Source: a virus
Lineage: Duplodnaviria; Caudoviricetes
DNA: 35,506 nt
Direction: 5' to 3' (one strand)
Virus record (IMG/VR): IMGVR_UViG_3300044646_000999
Span: 1 to 35,506 of that record
This document shows, one piece after another, positions 22,798 to 32,987 of the stretch. The notes beneath the pieces are model-generated. The model was not told the DNA's origin. It saw only the letters and a program-made list of their open reading frames with translations, and did no database searches. Both the position numbers and the translations under genes were made by a program. The stretch's first letter is position 1. Every line of letters starts with the position of its first letter.

Positions 22798-23866
22798 CGA
22801 TGCGCTCCAGGTATTGGGTCCACTCGTGAGCCATTTTCCGCGCCGAGAACTCCGTCCACACATAGGCACGGGCTTTTGCCGCCCGCTGCGGGTTGGCTAG
22901 AGCCTGAATCACCGCCCATGCCATTTCCGCTTCACTCTTCGGGTTGCGGACGATTTCCGCACATTCCCCGATTTGCTCCTCAATTTCCGGGATGATCCCC
23001 GTCCGTGTGCAGACAAGCGGCACGCCGGTCGCCATCGCTTCGAGTCGCGTCAGTCCGAATCCCTCTTTCTCAGAACAGCACACGACGCAATCGGCAATCG
23101 TGTACGCGGTCGCCACGTCATTGACGGGAAGGAAGACGCAGTACCCACGAGTGATGTCCTCGATCTGCTTGCGGGTTTCCCCGTTGTCGAAGCCGATCCC
23201 GCAGTACAGCGCGATGGCGTCATCCTTGTTGTCAATGAGGTGTCGAACAGCCCTTGCCGCCGCCAGCGGTTCCTTCTCGTCACTGAACCGGCCAACGTAG
23301 GCGACCACTGTGCAGTCCTCGCGGATGCCACGGCTGAACCGTGCATCACGCCAGCTTTCCACGGGAGTCAAGCGGTCCCACTCGATCCCGTTGCGGATGA
23401 CCGTCACTTCCGGCTGCCGATGGAGCGGAAACGAATTCGACGCCAATCGGGAGACCGCCACGCAATCCGTGATCCGGTCGTCCAATTCCGCCAGCGTTCG
23501 CTTCGTCCAATCAACGCAGCCGTGGGAGACTGCAATCACGCGACCGCGATACCACTCGGGGATTCGCGTCTTCGACCACACGAGCAAGGCGTCCGTGTTG
23601 CCGAACTGCTGTTCGACTTCCGCGTAGGTGTCAAACCGTTTGACGCCCACATAACTGTCCCGCCCCGTCTCGGAAAACCGCTTGGTTCCGTAGAAGGGGC
23701 ACAGCTTGCTGGTTTCCAGCACGGTCGCCATGTCGGTCGGAGCGCCCGGCGAAAGCCCAATGCCCACGCATTGAATGTGCGGCGGAAGGTGTCGGAGCAT
23801 GGCAATGACTTGCCGCTCGACGCCCCCCATACACCAGACTTCCGACAGGATTCCGAACGAGAACAT
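22733..23866 (-). CDS. Glycosyltransferase family 4 (GT-B fold)
   Basis: GGVERQV, VIRNGI, YVGRFSDEK and EGFGLTRLEAMATGVP (E-X7-E) motifs. TGATG coupling to the upstream gene. Confidence 0.93.
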   Translation of the reverse strand: MFSFGILSEVWCMGGVERQVIAMLRHLPPHIQCVGIGLSPGAPTDMATVLETSKLCPFYGTKRFSETGRDSYVGVKRFDTYAEVEQQFGNTDALLVWSKTRIPEWYRGRVIAVSHGCVDWTKRTLAELDDRITDCVAVSRLASNSFPLHRQPEVTVIRNGIEWDRLTPVESWRDARFSRGIREDCTVVAYVGRFSDEKEPLAAARAVRHLIDNKDDAIALYCGIGFDNGETRKQIEDITRGYCVFLPVNDVATAYTIADCVVCCSEKEGFGLTRLEAMATGVPLVCTRTGIIPEIEEQIGECAEIVRNPKSEAEMAWAVIQALANPQRAAKARAYVWTEFSARKMAHEWTQYLERIGGEVQRATELESRSCLSRSGN

Positions 23867-24087
23867 CAGGCAACGCTCACAGCATCGAAGTTGCAGGACG
23901 TATCGGTTCCCACGTTGCAGTAAAACGCGGTCCCGGCCCCGCCGTCCGTGTGAATGAACAGGCACCCGGTCACGAAGCCCGCCGTGCCATCGCTTGGCAC
24001 CGTGGCCCCGACGACGAACACCGCGTTGTTCCGGCCATCCTCGATGGCGACGCCACCCGCCGCTTGAATCCGAATTGGGGCACTCAT
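23866..24087 (-). CDS. Small virion decoration/fibre-like protein (73 aa)
   Basis: GATVPSDG...GCLFIHTDGGAGTAFYCNVGT resembles short beta-motifs of phage fibre and decoration proteins. Coupled to neighbours on both sides. Confidence 0.55.
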   Translation of the reverse strand: MSAPIRIQAAGGVAIEDGRNNAVFVVGATVPSDGTAGFVTGCLFIHTDGGAGTAFYCNVGTDTSCNFDAVSVA

Positions 24088-25076
24088 GTCGGGGTCACTC
24101 CGTTAAACGTCACCGTGATTCCGTTGGGACGCCTTGCCCAGCGGGAGTAGATGCCATCGGACCCGTCTTGCATCTGGCCGATGAGTCCGCCCATGTTGGC
24201 GCGGCGATCCCGCGCGATGCTGGCCATGAGCGATTGCTGGAACTTTTGCGCGAACACACCCGGTTGCCCGTCAATGTGCATCTCGAACGAGGCGAGCACC
24301 GCGTCCTTGATGGTTTCGCTGTGATCCGACGCACCCCACGCATACTTGTTCGTGGTGGTCAGTTCCGAGGGTCGGACCTTGTACTGGTATTCCAAGATCG
24401 CCGTGGTGGCGACGGACGGATAGAACAGGATCAGGCTTCGCGTCCCCACGGTCGGGTCATTCGTGACCGAGCGAATCGCGAAGTGCGTCGGGTATTGCGT
24501 CCCCGTGCGGGAAGTCTCTTCCGAACGCCATTCCCGAATCACCGACTCGGGAACTTGCGTCAGCGCCCACTTGTTGGAACCGCCGGGGTTGTATGTGACG
24601 GGGGACAATAACCGCTCGAAGTCATCGCCGAGCGAGTAGTCGTCCTGAAACAATTCGTAGGTCGCACCGCTGGACACCGTCACGCTCGTATCCACAAGGG
24701 TTACTTGCGTCCCGCTGTCCCGCGTGTTGACTTCGTATTCCGTCCCATTCACGCTCAGGCGACCGGATGCCGCCCATGACGGGAATGTCCCGCCGGTCAA
24801 CGTGACAACCCCGGAAGCGACCGCAATCGTGCCGGTCGAATACGGGGCTTGCAGCGTCAACGTCGTGATGGGTCGAAGGAAACTCCACTCGTGGGCGCTC
24901 ACGCCGTCCACCGAGGGAGGGGAGTAGAAGGTCCGCAGGCCCGCATTGATGTTGCGGTCCACACGGCTTTGCTCGTCCGACGACAGGGCCGAGTAATCCC
25001 CGTCCCCGCCGTAGAACTGTTCAACGGCGAACAGACGCAGCTTTTGCAGGTCGAGCGTCAGACTGCTTTCCGCCAT
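24084..25076 (-). CDS. Putative head-tail adaptor (T7 gp11/P22 gp4-like) with inserted beta-domain
   Basis: N-terminal helices, HEWSFLR, YSLGDDFERL, YPTHFAI and ILFYP motifs. A Thr/Gly-rich beta insertion starts at YSTGTIAV. Confidence 0.65.
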   Translation of the reverse strand: MAESSLTLDLQKLRLFAVEQFYGGDGDYSALSSDEQSRVDRNINAGLRTFYSPPSVDGVSAHEWSFLRPITTLTLQAPYSTGTIAVASGVVTLTGGTFPSWAASGRLSVNGTEYEVNTRDSGTQVTLVDTSVTVSSGATYELFQDDYSLGDDFERLLSPVTYNPGGSNKWALTQVPESVIREWRSEETSRTGTQYPTHFAIRSVTNDPTVGTRSLILFYPSVATTAILEYQYKVRPSELTTTNKYAWGASDHSETIKDAVLASFEMHIDGQPGVFAQKFQQSLMASIARDRRANMGGLIGQMQDGSDGIYSRWARRPNGITVTFNGVTPT

Positions 25077-25266
25077 CAGCGCTCTCCGGACACAAAGCCA
25101 CGAACATCGCCAACTCTTCCATCGTCGGTTCCGCGATCAGACGGACCCTCTTCCGGAGTACAAGCCAGCGATCAAGCCGCTTGCCAATCTCCGGAGGGGG
25201 AGTCCAATCGACGGAGTCAGGAAGCCCCAGCACTCGCTGGAGCTTCCACCTCACGTTGTCAGTCAT
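25021..25266 (-). CDS. Hypothetical protein (81 aa, MTDNVRWKLQ...)
   Basis: TGATG coupling to the upstream gene, and it fills the gap before the adaptor. Confidence 0.55.
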   Translation of the reverse strand: MTDNVRWKLQRVLGLPDSVDWTPPPEIGKRLDRWLVLRKRVRLIAEPTMEELAMFVALCPESADGGKQSDARPAKAASVRR

Positions 25267-26069
25267 CACGCGCGATCCTGAAACGCGGCGATCCAGTCCA
25301 CGCTGATGTGGTTGGCAGCCGCACCATCGTTCTGGGTCAGCACCACCGGGCAGAGCGGCACGTCGTCCGGGAACGTCGCGGCGGCGAAGTTGGTCGCCGT
25401 GACTTCGGTCGGGAGAGCGACGCCGTTGACGTAGAAGATCAACCGCTTGTCGTCGGTCGCACCCGGATTGAACCGGAAGCCGACCTTGTACCAGGTGTCC
25501 GCGACGATGGTCGTGTTGTTCCCGGTCGGGGCTTGCTTCGTCTGACCGCTCTTTTTGTAGCTGGTCAGCATCGTGGCCCCGGCGGCACACAACGTCTGGA
25601 ACCCGATGAAGTTGGTGTCGGCCAGTTCGCCGGTCGTGTCATCCATCTGCCCCGTCGCCACCAGCCCCGGAGCACCGAGGCCGACGAAGAAGGGCAGGGT
25701 GGTGTTCGCGACCGAACTGACGCGGAACCGGGCCTCGAACGCCAGAGAGAGCGGCGTCGTGGACGAAAAGTTGAACTGACCACCGTAGCCGTCCGTGATG
25801 CCGAAGTGGCCCTCGTCGTTGGCCGTGGTGTCGTGCAGGATGCGGAGCACCCCACCCTCACCCACGCCCGCCGATCCGAGCAACCGCGCCGTCACGCCGG
25901 TGTCGAGGAACGTCGTGACCCCCGCCGTCGTCATGAAGTCGTGGAAGACCCCGTAGCCGCTTTGGCCCGAGACCACCGCACGCTCCAAATCCATGTTGGC
26001 GAAGACGGTCGGGGACGGACCCCGCGTCGCCACAATCGAGTCACCGAACTGAATCGTTTCCAAGGCCAT
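25266..26069 (-). CDS. Putative capsid decoration / minor capsid protein, beta-sandwich (lectin/LamG-like)
   Basis: Immediately downstream of the capsid gene. FEARF and ADTWYKVGFRF...IFYVNGV patterns. GGGAG SD. Confidence 0.6.
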   Translation of the reverse strand: MALETIQFGDSIVATRGPSPTVFANMDLERAVVSGQSGYGVFHDFMTTAGVTTFLDTGVTARLLGSAGVGEGGVLRILHDTTANDEGHFGITDGYGGQFNFSSTTPLSLAFEARFRVSSVANTTLPFFVGLGAPGLVATGQMDDTTGELADTNFIGFQTLCAAGATMLTSYKKSGQTKQAPTGNNTTIVADTWYKVGFRFNPGATDDKRLIFYVNGVALPTEVTATNFAAATFPDDVPLCPVVLTQNDGAAANHISVDWIAAFQDRA

Positions 26070-26114
26070 GTCAAAATCTCCCTGTGAGGTGAAGAGTGTC
26101 AGTCGCCAGAGAGA

Positions 26115-27179
26115 TCAGGCGGCGCTGGTGGAGAAGACGAAGTTCTTGCGCGGGTCGAGACACGCGAATTGCATGGTCGAGTCGGTGAACTGGGTCACGA
26201 CCGTGTGCTGGTCGCGGCTGGTCATCGGCTCCGAGCGACGGTCGACGAAGCCCTTGAGGTACGCGAACCGCCAAGTATCGAAGCACAGCCCGTAGATCGG
26301 GTTGTTCGACGAACCGTTGTTGTCGAGGTACGGAACCCAAGTCACATCCATGCCCATGAACATGGCCTTGCCGTCCTTCGAGGCCACGTCGTTCGTCTTG
26401 AGTTCGCCTTGCGCTTCGGCGAGTTCGTCGAACGCTTCCACCACGGTTCGCGTGGTGAACAGCCCGTAGTCGAGCTTCTTCCGCGTGGTCGACTCGCCCG
26501 TGAGCGACGGGTAGTTGACCGGCGGGGTGAAGTTGCACAGACGAACCGCAGCCCGCATCTTCTTCACGAGGTCAGCCTTGGTGACGGTCGTGTACTGGCC
26601 GGTGTAGTTCTTCCAGCCGGAGTAGGTGTTCCGGTCCACACCGCCCGGTCCCGCCGTGAAGCCGCTGGCGTTGCCGCCGTTGAACCCCTCGGTGTTGGAC
26701 TGAACGATCCAGTACGGAATCCCGAACGGCAGGAGCGTGTCCGTCGAGTCGGCGGGCTTGCTCCAGAACGCGGCTTCGAGCTTGTCCGCGTGCTTCCGCT
26801 GGCTGTCGACTTCACGCTGCTTGATGAGGTCGAAAATCTTCTCCTTGTCCCCGCTGTTGAGGGCGGGTTCGCGGATGTCGTAGGACCAGTCATCTTGCAG
26901 GTGACGCCACGGCACGGACGCCGTGACATACGCCTCGTTGATGGTCGGACGGGTGACGGCGGCGAGGCCCACCCAGTTCGAGGATTGATCGTTGCCCAGC
27001 GTTTCCACGCGCCACTCGTAGCCGGTCCCACCACCCTGCGTCATCCGCTCCTTGCGAAGCAGTTGCGGGATGATGTGGTACTGGTACTCCTGAACGATGG
27101 AGACGAACTTGGTGCGCTGGATGTGGTTCTGCGTCGCCTTGACGAGCGAGGCGAGGTCCGTCGCTTGAATGACAGCCAT
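26115..27179 (-). CDS. Major capsid protein
   Basis: 354 aa, follows the scaffold gene, has a strong AAGGAG SD and strongly biased codons. GGVDRNTYSGWKN and FMGMDVTWVPYLD patterns. Confidence 0.82.
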   Translation of the reverse strand: MAVIQATDLASLVKATQNHIQRTKFVSIVQEYQYHIIPQLLRKERMTQGGGTGYEWRVETLGNDQSSNWVGLAAVTRPTINEAYVTASVPWRHLQDDWSYDIREPALNSGDKEKIFDLIKQREVDSQRKHADKLEAAFWSKPADSTDTLLPFGIPYWIVQSNTEGFNGGNASGFTAGPGGVDRNTYSGWKNYTGQYTTVTKADLVKKMRAAVRLCNFTPPVNYPSLTGESTTRKKLDYGLFTTRTVVEAFDELAEAQGELKTNDVASKDGKAMFMGMDVTWVPYLDNNGSSNNPIYGLCFDTWRFAYLKGFVDRRSEPMTSRDQHTVVTQFTDSTMQFACLDPRKNFVFSTSAA

Positions 27180-27203
27180 GAAAGGCTCCTTTTCTTAGCG
27201 GCC

Positions 27204-28238
27204 TCAGTGAGACCGAACGAATTTGTCGATTTCCGCGAGCGCCTTTTCCCTGCCTGTCGCGGCGTCGTCCGAGTGGAGCGCTTGCGACGGCACGGCCAAG
27301 GTGTTCCGGCCCCGTTGCTTGAGCTTCTGCGTCAGTTGCAATCGCTCGCGGTCGGCGAGTTGTTTGCGGAACACGACGCTGACAGCCTCTTCAACCAGCG
27401 TTTCGAGGGGCGGCACGGCCTCCCCCGGTTCACGCTCTTCGCGCATCAGGGCGTCCACCTTGCGAGCAATCGCACGGCGGGCCTGTTGATGCTGCGGATT
27501 CGACAGGGCGGAAAAGGAACCTCGCCCGACAAACTCTTCATCCACAAGACGATCCAAGGTCCGGTCGAATTCCTCGTACCGCGACGCACGAACCGCCTCT
27601 TCCTGTTGCTGCCGGTACTGTTCAATCGTCGGCAGGTGTTTCTGAACCTGCTGTTGCAGGCCGCCGTATTGCTGATGGACCGCGTTCAATTGCTGGTCGT
27701 AGAACTGCTGCATTTGCGCCAATTGCTGCGCGAAATGCTGGTTCATCCCGACAATCGCGGGGTCGTATTGATCCGGGTTCTCCAGCTTGAACGGCTGGAC
27801 CTGAAACCGCTGTTGTTGCTGGGCCAACGCCTGTTGTTGCCGCCGCTGCGCCACCTCTTGGTTGACGTACTGGCGGAACAGGTCGACACTGCCGAACGCC
27901 CGCATGTCGGCAAAGCCGATCCCGAGCGCCTTCGCCATCTGAAAGTCGACAGCCTGAAACCCGTCCGCCGGTGGGGCAGGAGCGGGTGCAACGGGGGGAG
28001 ACGGCGGGGGAGCACCGCCAGGAAGACCCGCACCGTCTCCGTCCCGTTGCTCCGCTTTGAGTTCCGGGGCGGGGTCCGCCTCCAGAACATTGTCTTGAGG
28101 CTCGCCAGCCAGCGCGTTGTCGATAGCGCCCAGCGCGTCGTCATTGCGGTCGTCAGACAAATGGTCGAAACCACTGTCCACGACGACATCGCTCGACACG
28201 TCAGAAGACGCCGGTGCGGCTGATTCCAATTCGGCCAT
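27204..28238 (-). CDS. Putative capsid scaffolding protein
   Basis: Acidic disordered N-terminus and a Q-rich coiled coil, located between portal and capsid. Confidence 0.7.
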   Translation of the reverse strand: MAELESAAPASSDVSSDVVVDSGFDHLSDDRNDDALGAIDNALAGEPQDNVLEADPAPELKAEQRDGDGAGLPGGAPPPSPPVAPAPAPPADGFQAVDFQMAKALGIGFADMRAFGSVDLFRQYVNQEVAQRRQQQALAQQQQRFQVQPFKLENPDQYDPAIVGMNQHFAQQLAQMQQFYDQQLNAVHQQYGGLQQQVQKHLPTIEQYRQQQEEAVRASRYEEFDRTLDRLVDEEFVGRGSFSALSNPQHQQARRAIARKVDALMREEREPGEAVPPLETLVEEAVSVVFRKQLADRERLQLTQKLKQRGRNTLAVPSQALHSDDAATGREKALAEIDKFVRSH

Positions 28239-28265
28239 GAGTGCGATGCTTGGGCGGTGCTCGCA

Positions 28266-28580
28266 CTAACGTCGTTCCGTCAGTCCTGTGACGCGGCAGA
28301 ATTCACTGCGGTGTCGCAGAGATCGGAAGCACGGCCTGCCTTCCCGGTCGTACCGAGTCGGACATCCGGCTTCCTTCAACATCTGTGTCGCCTCGGCGAT
28401 CCGGGATGGATGCACCGCAGCGGCGTCGCTTTTCAACTCCCGGCCTTCGCGGAATGTGATCCCCGCGTGCGGAACGGTGAGTTTCGTGGGCTTCGCGTTC
28501 TCTCGCAGCCACGCCTGAAATTCGGCCTGAACTTCGGAGAGGGAAGCGGAAGGTGGCAGTTTGCTCTTGAAATCGGGCAT
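28266..28580 (-). CDS. Hypothetical head-module protein (104 aa)
   Basis: Lies between portal and scaffold. Protein-like C-terminus (SDAAAVHP...GRPCFRS). Confidence 0.65.
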   Translation of the reverse strand: MPDFKSKLPPSASLSEVQAEFQAWLRENAKPTKLTVPHAGITFREGRELKSDAAAVHPSRIAEATQMLKEAGCPTRYDREGRPCFRSLRHRSEFCRVTGLTERR

Positions 28581-28613
28581 TGCAGGAAAGCCGGGCGGCG
28601 CTTCCTGTCTCAG

Positions 28614-28643
28614 AGAATAAGCACAACTGATCCAGCGTGTCAA
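28614..28643 (-). promoter_or_regulatory. Putative internal sigma70 promoter for scaffold and capsid genes
   Basis: TTGACA-N18-TATTCT immediately after the portal stop codon. Confidence 0.6.
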
Positions 28644-28648
28644 CACTA

Positions 28649-30457
28649 TCAGTTTTGCTTATTCTGATTTCCGCCCGCCATCAACCGCTGGATCATGCTC
28701 GACTCGTCCCCTTGCATCCCGCCAGCCCCCTTGGAAACGCGGTTTTCCGTGGAGACTTTCACCGGCGGCGTGCTCGGTTCCGACGCCTTGAAGGAATCGC
28801 TGGCGTTCAGGGCCATGCCTTGCGACTGCACGAGATCGTTCAGTTCCGGCAGGTTCATGTACTGGGCCAGCATCTTGACGTACTGCGTGAAATCGATGCT
28901 CAGGCCCTGTTGTTGCAGCATCGGCTGGGCGGGCAAGAGCGTGCTCATCATCAACTGGCTCAGTTGCTGCGAGCGTTGTTGCGGGGTCTGGAACACCATC
29001 GAGTACGGCTCGATTTCAATCTCGTGCTCGAAGAAATCGTACTGCCGTTCCTCGGGCGTCAACGCCACTTCGATGGCACCGACCGGCGAATCCATCTCGG
29101 CGCGGTACGTTTCCGTGGGGTCGGTCCACATCCAGTACGCCAGATCGGTCAGCACGCCCTTGGTGAACAGGGCAACCTTCTGCCGCATCGCGTTGATGCG
29201 TTCGGAACTGTTCTGATTCAAAATGGCGTCTTGCGTTGCCGTGTCCGTCTGCGCCGACAGGCCCCCCAGCGTTTCGAGGTTCCCCGCCAGCGTGGAGAAC
29301 ATCTGGTTGCACTGGAGCATGAACCCGAACGTGGATTGGTCGATCCCGCCGAACGCCCGCTCCTGAATCGCTTCGGGGGATTCGACCGCCACCACGTCGC
29401 CATCGTTGGCGTTCATGATGGTCATCGCGTCCTTGCCGCCGTTCTGATTGCTCATGTTCGGGGCGAGGCCCACCGACTTCGCTCGTTCGGCTTGGCGGAT
29501 CAGCTTCCGCATCGCCGAATTGATGAAATTGTGGAGATGAATCCACGTCGCCGCCGGGGCGAGGGGCATCACGTTGCCGTCGACTTCGTTGTAGAACAGA
29601 GCGTGATACGGCCCGCGTTCCGGACCTTCCCAATCGACCACCCGCAGCGGATACGCGGGGTAGTGTTCGCAGTACGTCACCACCTTCCGCTCAGCGCGGA
29701 CGTACACCTCCCACACCTCGACCTGCTTGTGCAGCTTCCCGCGATCCGCTTCACCCGACATCTCCGCCAGCCGGGCGTCGCCGTCCTCGTTGACGTTGAG
29801 GTTGTCCTGTTCGCGCAGCTTCGCCCGCACCCGCTTGTCCCACTCGGGGTTGCGAATCGCATCCTTGAGGGCCACGCGGTACTTGTGCCCCATGTACTCG
29901 GCGGTGTCGAAGCTGCTCGCGGTCATGTCCACCACGTAGTCATCCAGCAGGATCGACTCGACGAACGGCGTGCTCGTGGTGACGTTCTCGCCCCCGATGT
30001 TCTTCACGCCGTTGGACTTCAAGCCCACCTTGACGATGCCCATGCCGAACAGGCTGTTCCGCACCGACCGCTGCAAGGCCCGGTGAATGCGGTAATCCTC
30101 CAGCGAGGAATTCATCACCAGCCCGAGCTTCGTCGCCCCGGCCCGATACCGGCGGTTCTTCGTGAACACGTTCACACGCGGCGGGTTCCCTGCCAGTTGT
30201 TGCAGGTAGATCGTCGTCGCCTGCTCCATCTTGTTGACGGGGTTCGCCTTTTCGTTGGCCTTCTCCCCGTAGAAGTCGCCGACGTACTCCTTCCAAAGCG
30301 TGATGTACTGCTCTCGCCACGGAGTCAGCTTCTTGCGAGACTCCATCACGGCGTCGATCAGACGCGGCAGAGGCACCTCCAGTCCCGACTCGGGAGCGGA
30401 CTTTTCGCCTTGTTCCATCTCGATTTCGTCGTCGGTCGCGATCATGGGATTCACCAC
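28649..30457 (-). CDS. Portal protein (podoviral type; start could be ATG 30445)
   Basis: ~600 aa directly after terL. LFGMGIVKVG, TATQDAIL and IEIEPYSM patterns with a Q-rich C-terminal barrel-like region. Confidence 0.85.
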   Translation of the reverse strand: MVNPMIATDDEIEMEQGEKSAPESGLEVPLPRLIDAVMESRKKLTPWREQYITLWKEYVGDFYGEKANEKANPVNKMEQATTIYLQQLAGNPPRVNVFTKNRRYRAGATKLGLVMNSSLEDYRIHRALQRSVRNSLFGMGIVKVGLKSNGVKNIGGENVTTSTPFVESILLDDYVVDMTASSFDTAEYMGHKYRVALKDAIRNPEWDKRVRAKLREQDNLNVNEDGDARLAEMSGEADRGKLHKQVEVWEVYVRAERKVVTYCEHYPAYPLRVVDWEGPERGPYHALFYNEVDGNVMPLAPAATWIHLHNFINSAMRKLIRQAERAKSVGLAPNMSNQNGGKDAMTIMNANDGDVVAVESPEAIQERAFGGIDQSTFGFMLQCNQMFSTLAGNLETLGGLSAQTDTATQDAILNQNSSERINAMRQKVALFTKGVLTDLAYWMWTDPTETYRAEMDSPVGAIEVALTPEERQYDFFEHEIEIEPYSMVFQTPQQRSQQLSQLMMSTLLPAQPMLQQQGLSIDFTQYVKMLAQYMNLPELNDLVQSQGMALNASDSFKASEPSTPPVKVSTENRVSKGAGGMQGDESSMIQRLMAGGNQNKQN

Positions 30458-32232
30458 TTGCTTGAGAATTTGTCACCGTCAGAATCCATCGCCCGACGCT
30501 GCCGCCACCCGAACGACCCAAAAGGAAAGTCGTCCATGACGGTTGGCTGTCGACGCTCGTTTGCAATCACGTTTGGGCGCGCAATGAAGTTGGCCAGCGC
30601 GTCGGCAATCACGCGGTCGCCGTGGTTGTCGCCGCCGTCTTGCGCTTGAGCGATGCTCACATGCTCGACCGATCCGTCCGCCATGTTCTTGAACTGCTTG
30701 CATTCCAAGAGCGCCTTTTCGGACGGGTTGAAAAACTTCCCGTTCGCCAGCGCCTCGCGGTACTGAATCAGCAGGTCGCGTTTGAGGTCGCGGTTGCTGA
30801 ACCAGCCGGGTTTCCGGTCCTTGGGCGTCCACCGCGCATCAACCTTGGTATCGTCCCGCTTCATGTACACCCTGCGGAACCCGAGGTCTTGCGTCACCAC
30901 TTTGCCGAACGTCAGCCCCGGCCCGCCGCCGTCCCAGATCATGAACGCCGGTTCGTTGCCGCGTGCGAAGAACTGACAGAGATTCACCGCAGTCCGCGCA
31001 AACGCTTCCACACCCGTCTTGTTATGTACCCACTCGGCAACCTTTTCCCCGCTGTCCCGATCCACGACCGAGGCAACGGAGTCAGACGCCCCGGTTCCCT
31101 GTCCGATGTCGCACGCCACGACGAAGTTGCGATGGGACGGTGGCACATAATCACGCCCCATGTCGAGCCAGACAGAGAGGGGTCCACGGTTGTCTTCCTC
31201 GAACCGCACCACGTCGCCGTCATCCCGCAGCCGTCCGCGATACAACGCCGGTCGGCAATGCGTGGCGATATGGGCGTCGATCCCCACGGAGTCGAAGAAC
31301 GGGTAGTCCGACCCCTGGTAGTCGATGTCTAATTCCGCCGCGATTTCCACGGGGTTTGGCGTCCGGTCACATTGCCTGTCGTACCACGGGGACCGCACAC
31401 CCTCGGGACAACTCGGCTTCTGCTCGCGGAACACATACCCTTCCGGGGCGCCGGGTTCCAGAATCTCGATGCCGCGCTCGGTCGGCTTGTACAGCCCGAT
31501 CCGCTTTTCGGGATGGAGCGACCAGTGCGCCCGGAACGTCCGCGTCGTTTTGCGTGACGCCGCGAAGTAGTTGCTTTCCCCCTTGGGCGTGCTGTTCAGG
31601 ATGCGGCAATTCGTGTTGGCTTGCGTCGCCGCCGCGATATCGTCACCGCCGCCGGGGCAGGCCGCCGCTTCGTCCCACAGGATCGCCGTGCGTCGTCCAC
31701 CGCGCCCCGCATCCGCGTTCGTGGATTCCCCTTCGATCACCGACTCCGTCCCCGGAAAGTCCATCGTCAGCTTGGACCGGCGGTTCTTCGGCTTCAACCA
31801 CTCGGGCATCCCCTTGGTGAGCACGTCGCAGTGGGCGAACAGGGAGTCCCGGTCCCCATCCACCAGCGTTTCCTTGCGCGACAGCATGAGAAACATCTGG
31901 TTCGGGCGGAACATGGCCCGCCACGTCATCCATGCGCACGTTACCCACGACACCCCCATGTCTCGGGACTTCTCGATGCGCAGGTCGCGCCCCTCGTTGC
32001 ACGCCTCTTCCAGTTCCCGGAACAGATCATCCTGAAACGGGTACGTCACAAACGGCAGTTTTGCCGGGGTCCGCCGAGGGTCGATGGTTGTGCCGAACAT
32101 ATTCAGCCAGAACAGCCCGTCATTGCTGCACCGCTCCGTCACCTGTCGCCGCATGGCCGCACTCTTGGCGCACGCCTCCAGCACCCGCTTCCGGGCGGCA
32201 GCATTCGCCAGCGGTTCCTTCGGCACGATCAT
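30451..32232 (-). CDS. terL: Terminase large subunit
   Basis: PFQ adenine-binding motif, EKSRDMGVSW Walker A variant, ILWDEAA Walker B, NSTP motif III, and nuclease VACDIG...HGDRVIA. Confidence 0.93.
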   Translation of the reverse strand: MIVPKEPLANAAARKRVLEACAKSAAMRRQVTERCSNDGLFWLNMFGTTIDPRRTPAKLPFVTYPFQDDLFRELEEACNEGRDLRIEKSRDMGVSWVTCAWMTWRAMFRPNQMFLMLSRKETLVDGDRDSLFAHCDVLTKGMPEWLKPKNRRSKLTMDFPGTESVIEGESTNADAGRGGRRTAILWDEAAACPGGGDDIAAATQANTNCRILNSTPKGESNYFAASRKTTRTFRAHWSLHPEKRIGLYKPTERGIEILEPGAPEGYVFREQKPSCPEGVRSPWYDRQCDRTPNPVEIAAELDIDYQGSDYPFFDSVGIDAHIATHCRPALYRGRLRDDGDVVRFEEDNRGPLSVWLDMGRDYVPPSHRNFVVACDIGQGTGASDSVASVVDRDSGEKVAEWVHNKTGVEAFARTAVNLCQFFARGNEPAFMIWDGGGPGLTFGKVVTQDLGFRRVYMKRDDTKVDARWTPKDRKPGWFSNRDLKRDLLIQYREALANGKFFNPSEKALLECKQFKNMADGSVEHVSIAQAQDGGDNHGDRVIADALANFIARPNVIANERRQPTVMDDFPFGSFGWRQRRAMDSDGDKFSSKW

Positions 32233-32987
32233 GTCAACGTCGCTCCGAGAAGATCATCCAGCGACGCCGACACCCCTTCGGGTTCATCCTTCGGCGTGTC
32301 ACCCACCGGCTTCTCCACCTTGTACGCCAGCCGCATGTACTCGGTGACGAACTTCTCCTTGTTCTCCCGAGCCACGAACATCATGGACCGGCAGGCCCCA
32401 TTCGGGTACGACGCCCCGCCGAGTGTCTCGTTGTCGAGATTCTCCATCACCCAGTCGACGACATCGCGGGGACTCATTGCCTTGGGGTTCGCCACCTTGC
32501 GTCTCCTCTCGATCTTGCGGGCTTGCTTCACCAGCGTCTTGCCGACGTTCGACAGCGCCCAATTTCGACTCTTCAAAATCTGAACTTCATCATTCCCTTT
32601 ATCCGTCCACGGCGAGACATCCAGCCCAAGCTCCCGCGCCGCGAGCAAACCCAGGTGGACCCTTTCCTTCCCCGTCTTGCTACGCCACGGGGTTCCTTTT
32701 CGCGAGTAGGCGAACAGCTTGTCATCCGGTTCCGCGAGGCACCGCAGTCCCGTGTTCTTCAACTCGTTCACCACGATCCGGCCCCACGGGTCACCGTGCC
32801 GGGTGGAAGGTTCCGTCATCAGCTTGAGCCACGCTTCGCGATCATTGAGGGGCCTCACAGCATAACGCCGGTCCCCCTTCACCAGCCCGGCCTTCCGTCT
32901 CCAACATTCCGACCACAGCCCCAGCGGCACCAGCACCAGCTTGAGAAACGCCGTCACACGCGGGACAGGGAATTCACGCTCAGGCAT
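32229..32987 (-). CDS. Hypothetical protein, terminase small subunit candidate
   Basis: Directly upstream of terL and ATGA-coupled to it, with a helical C-terminal half. The call is positional only. Confidence 0.45.
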   Translation of the reverse strand: MPEREFPVPRVTAFLKLVLVPLGLWSECWRRKAGLVKGDRRYAVRPLNDREAWLKLMTEPSTRHGDPWGRIVVNELKNTGLRCLAEPDDKLFAYSRKGTPWRSKTGKERVHLGLLAARELGLDVSPWTDKGNDEVQILKSRNWALSNVGKTLVKQARKIERRRKVANPKAMSPRDVVDWVMENLDNETLGGASYPNGACRSMMFVARENKEKFVTEYMRLAYKVEKPVGDTPKDEPEGVSASLDDLLGATLT

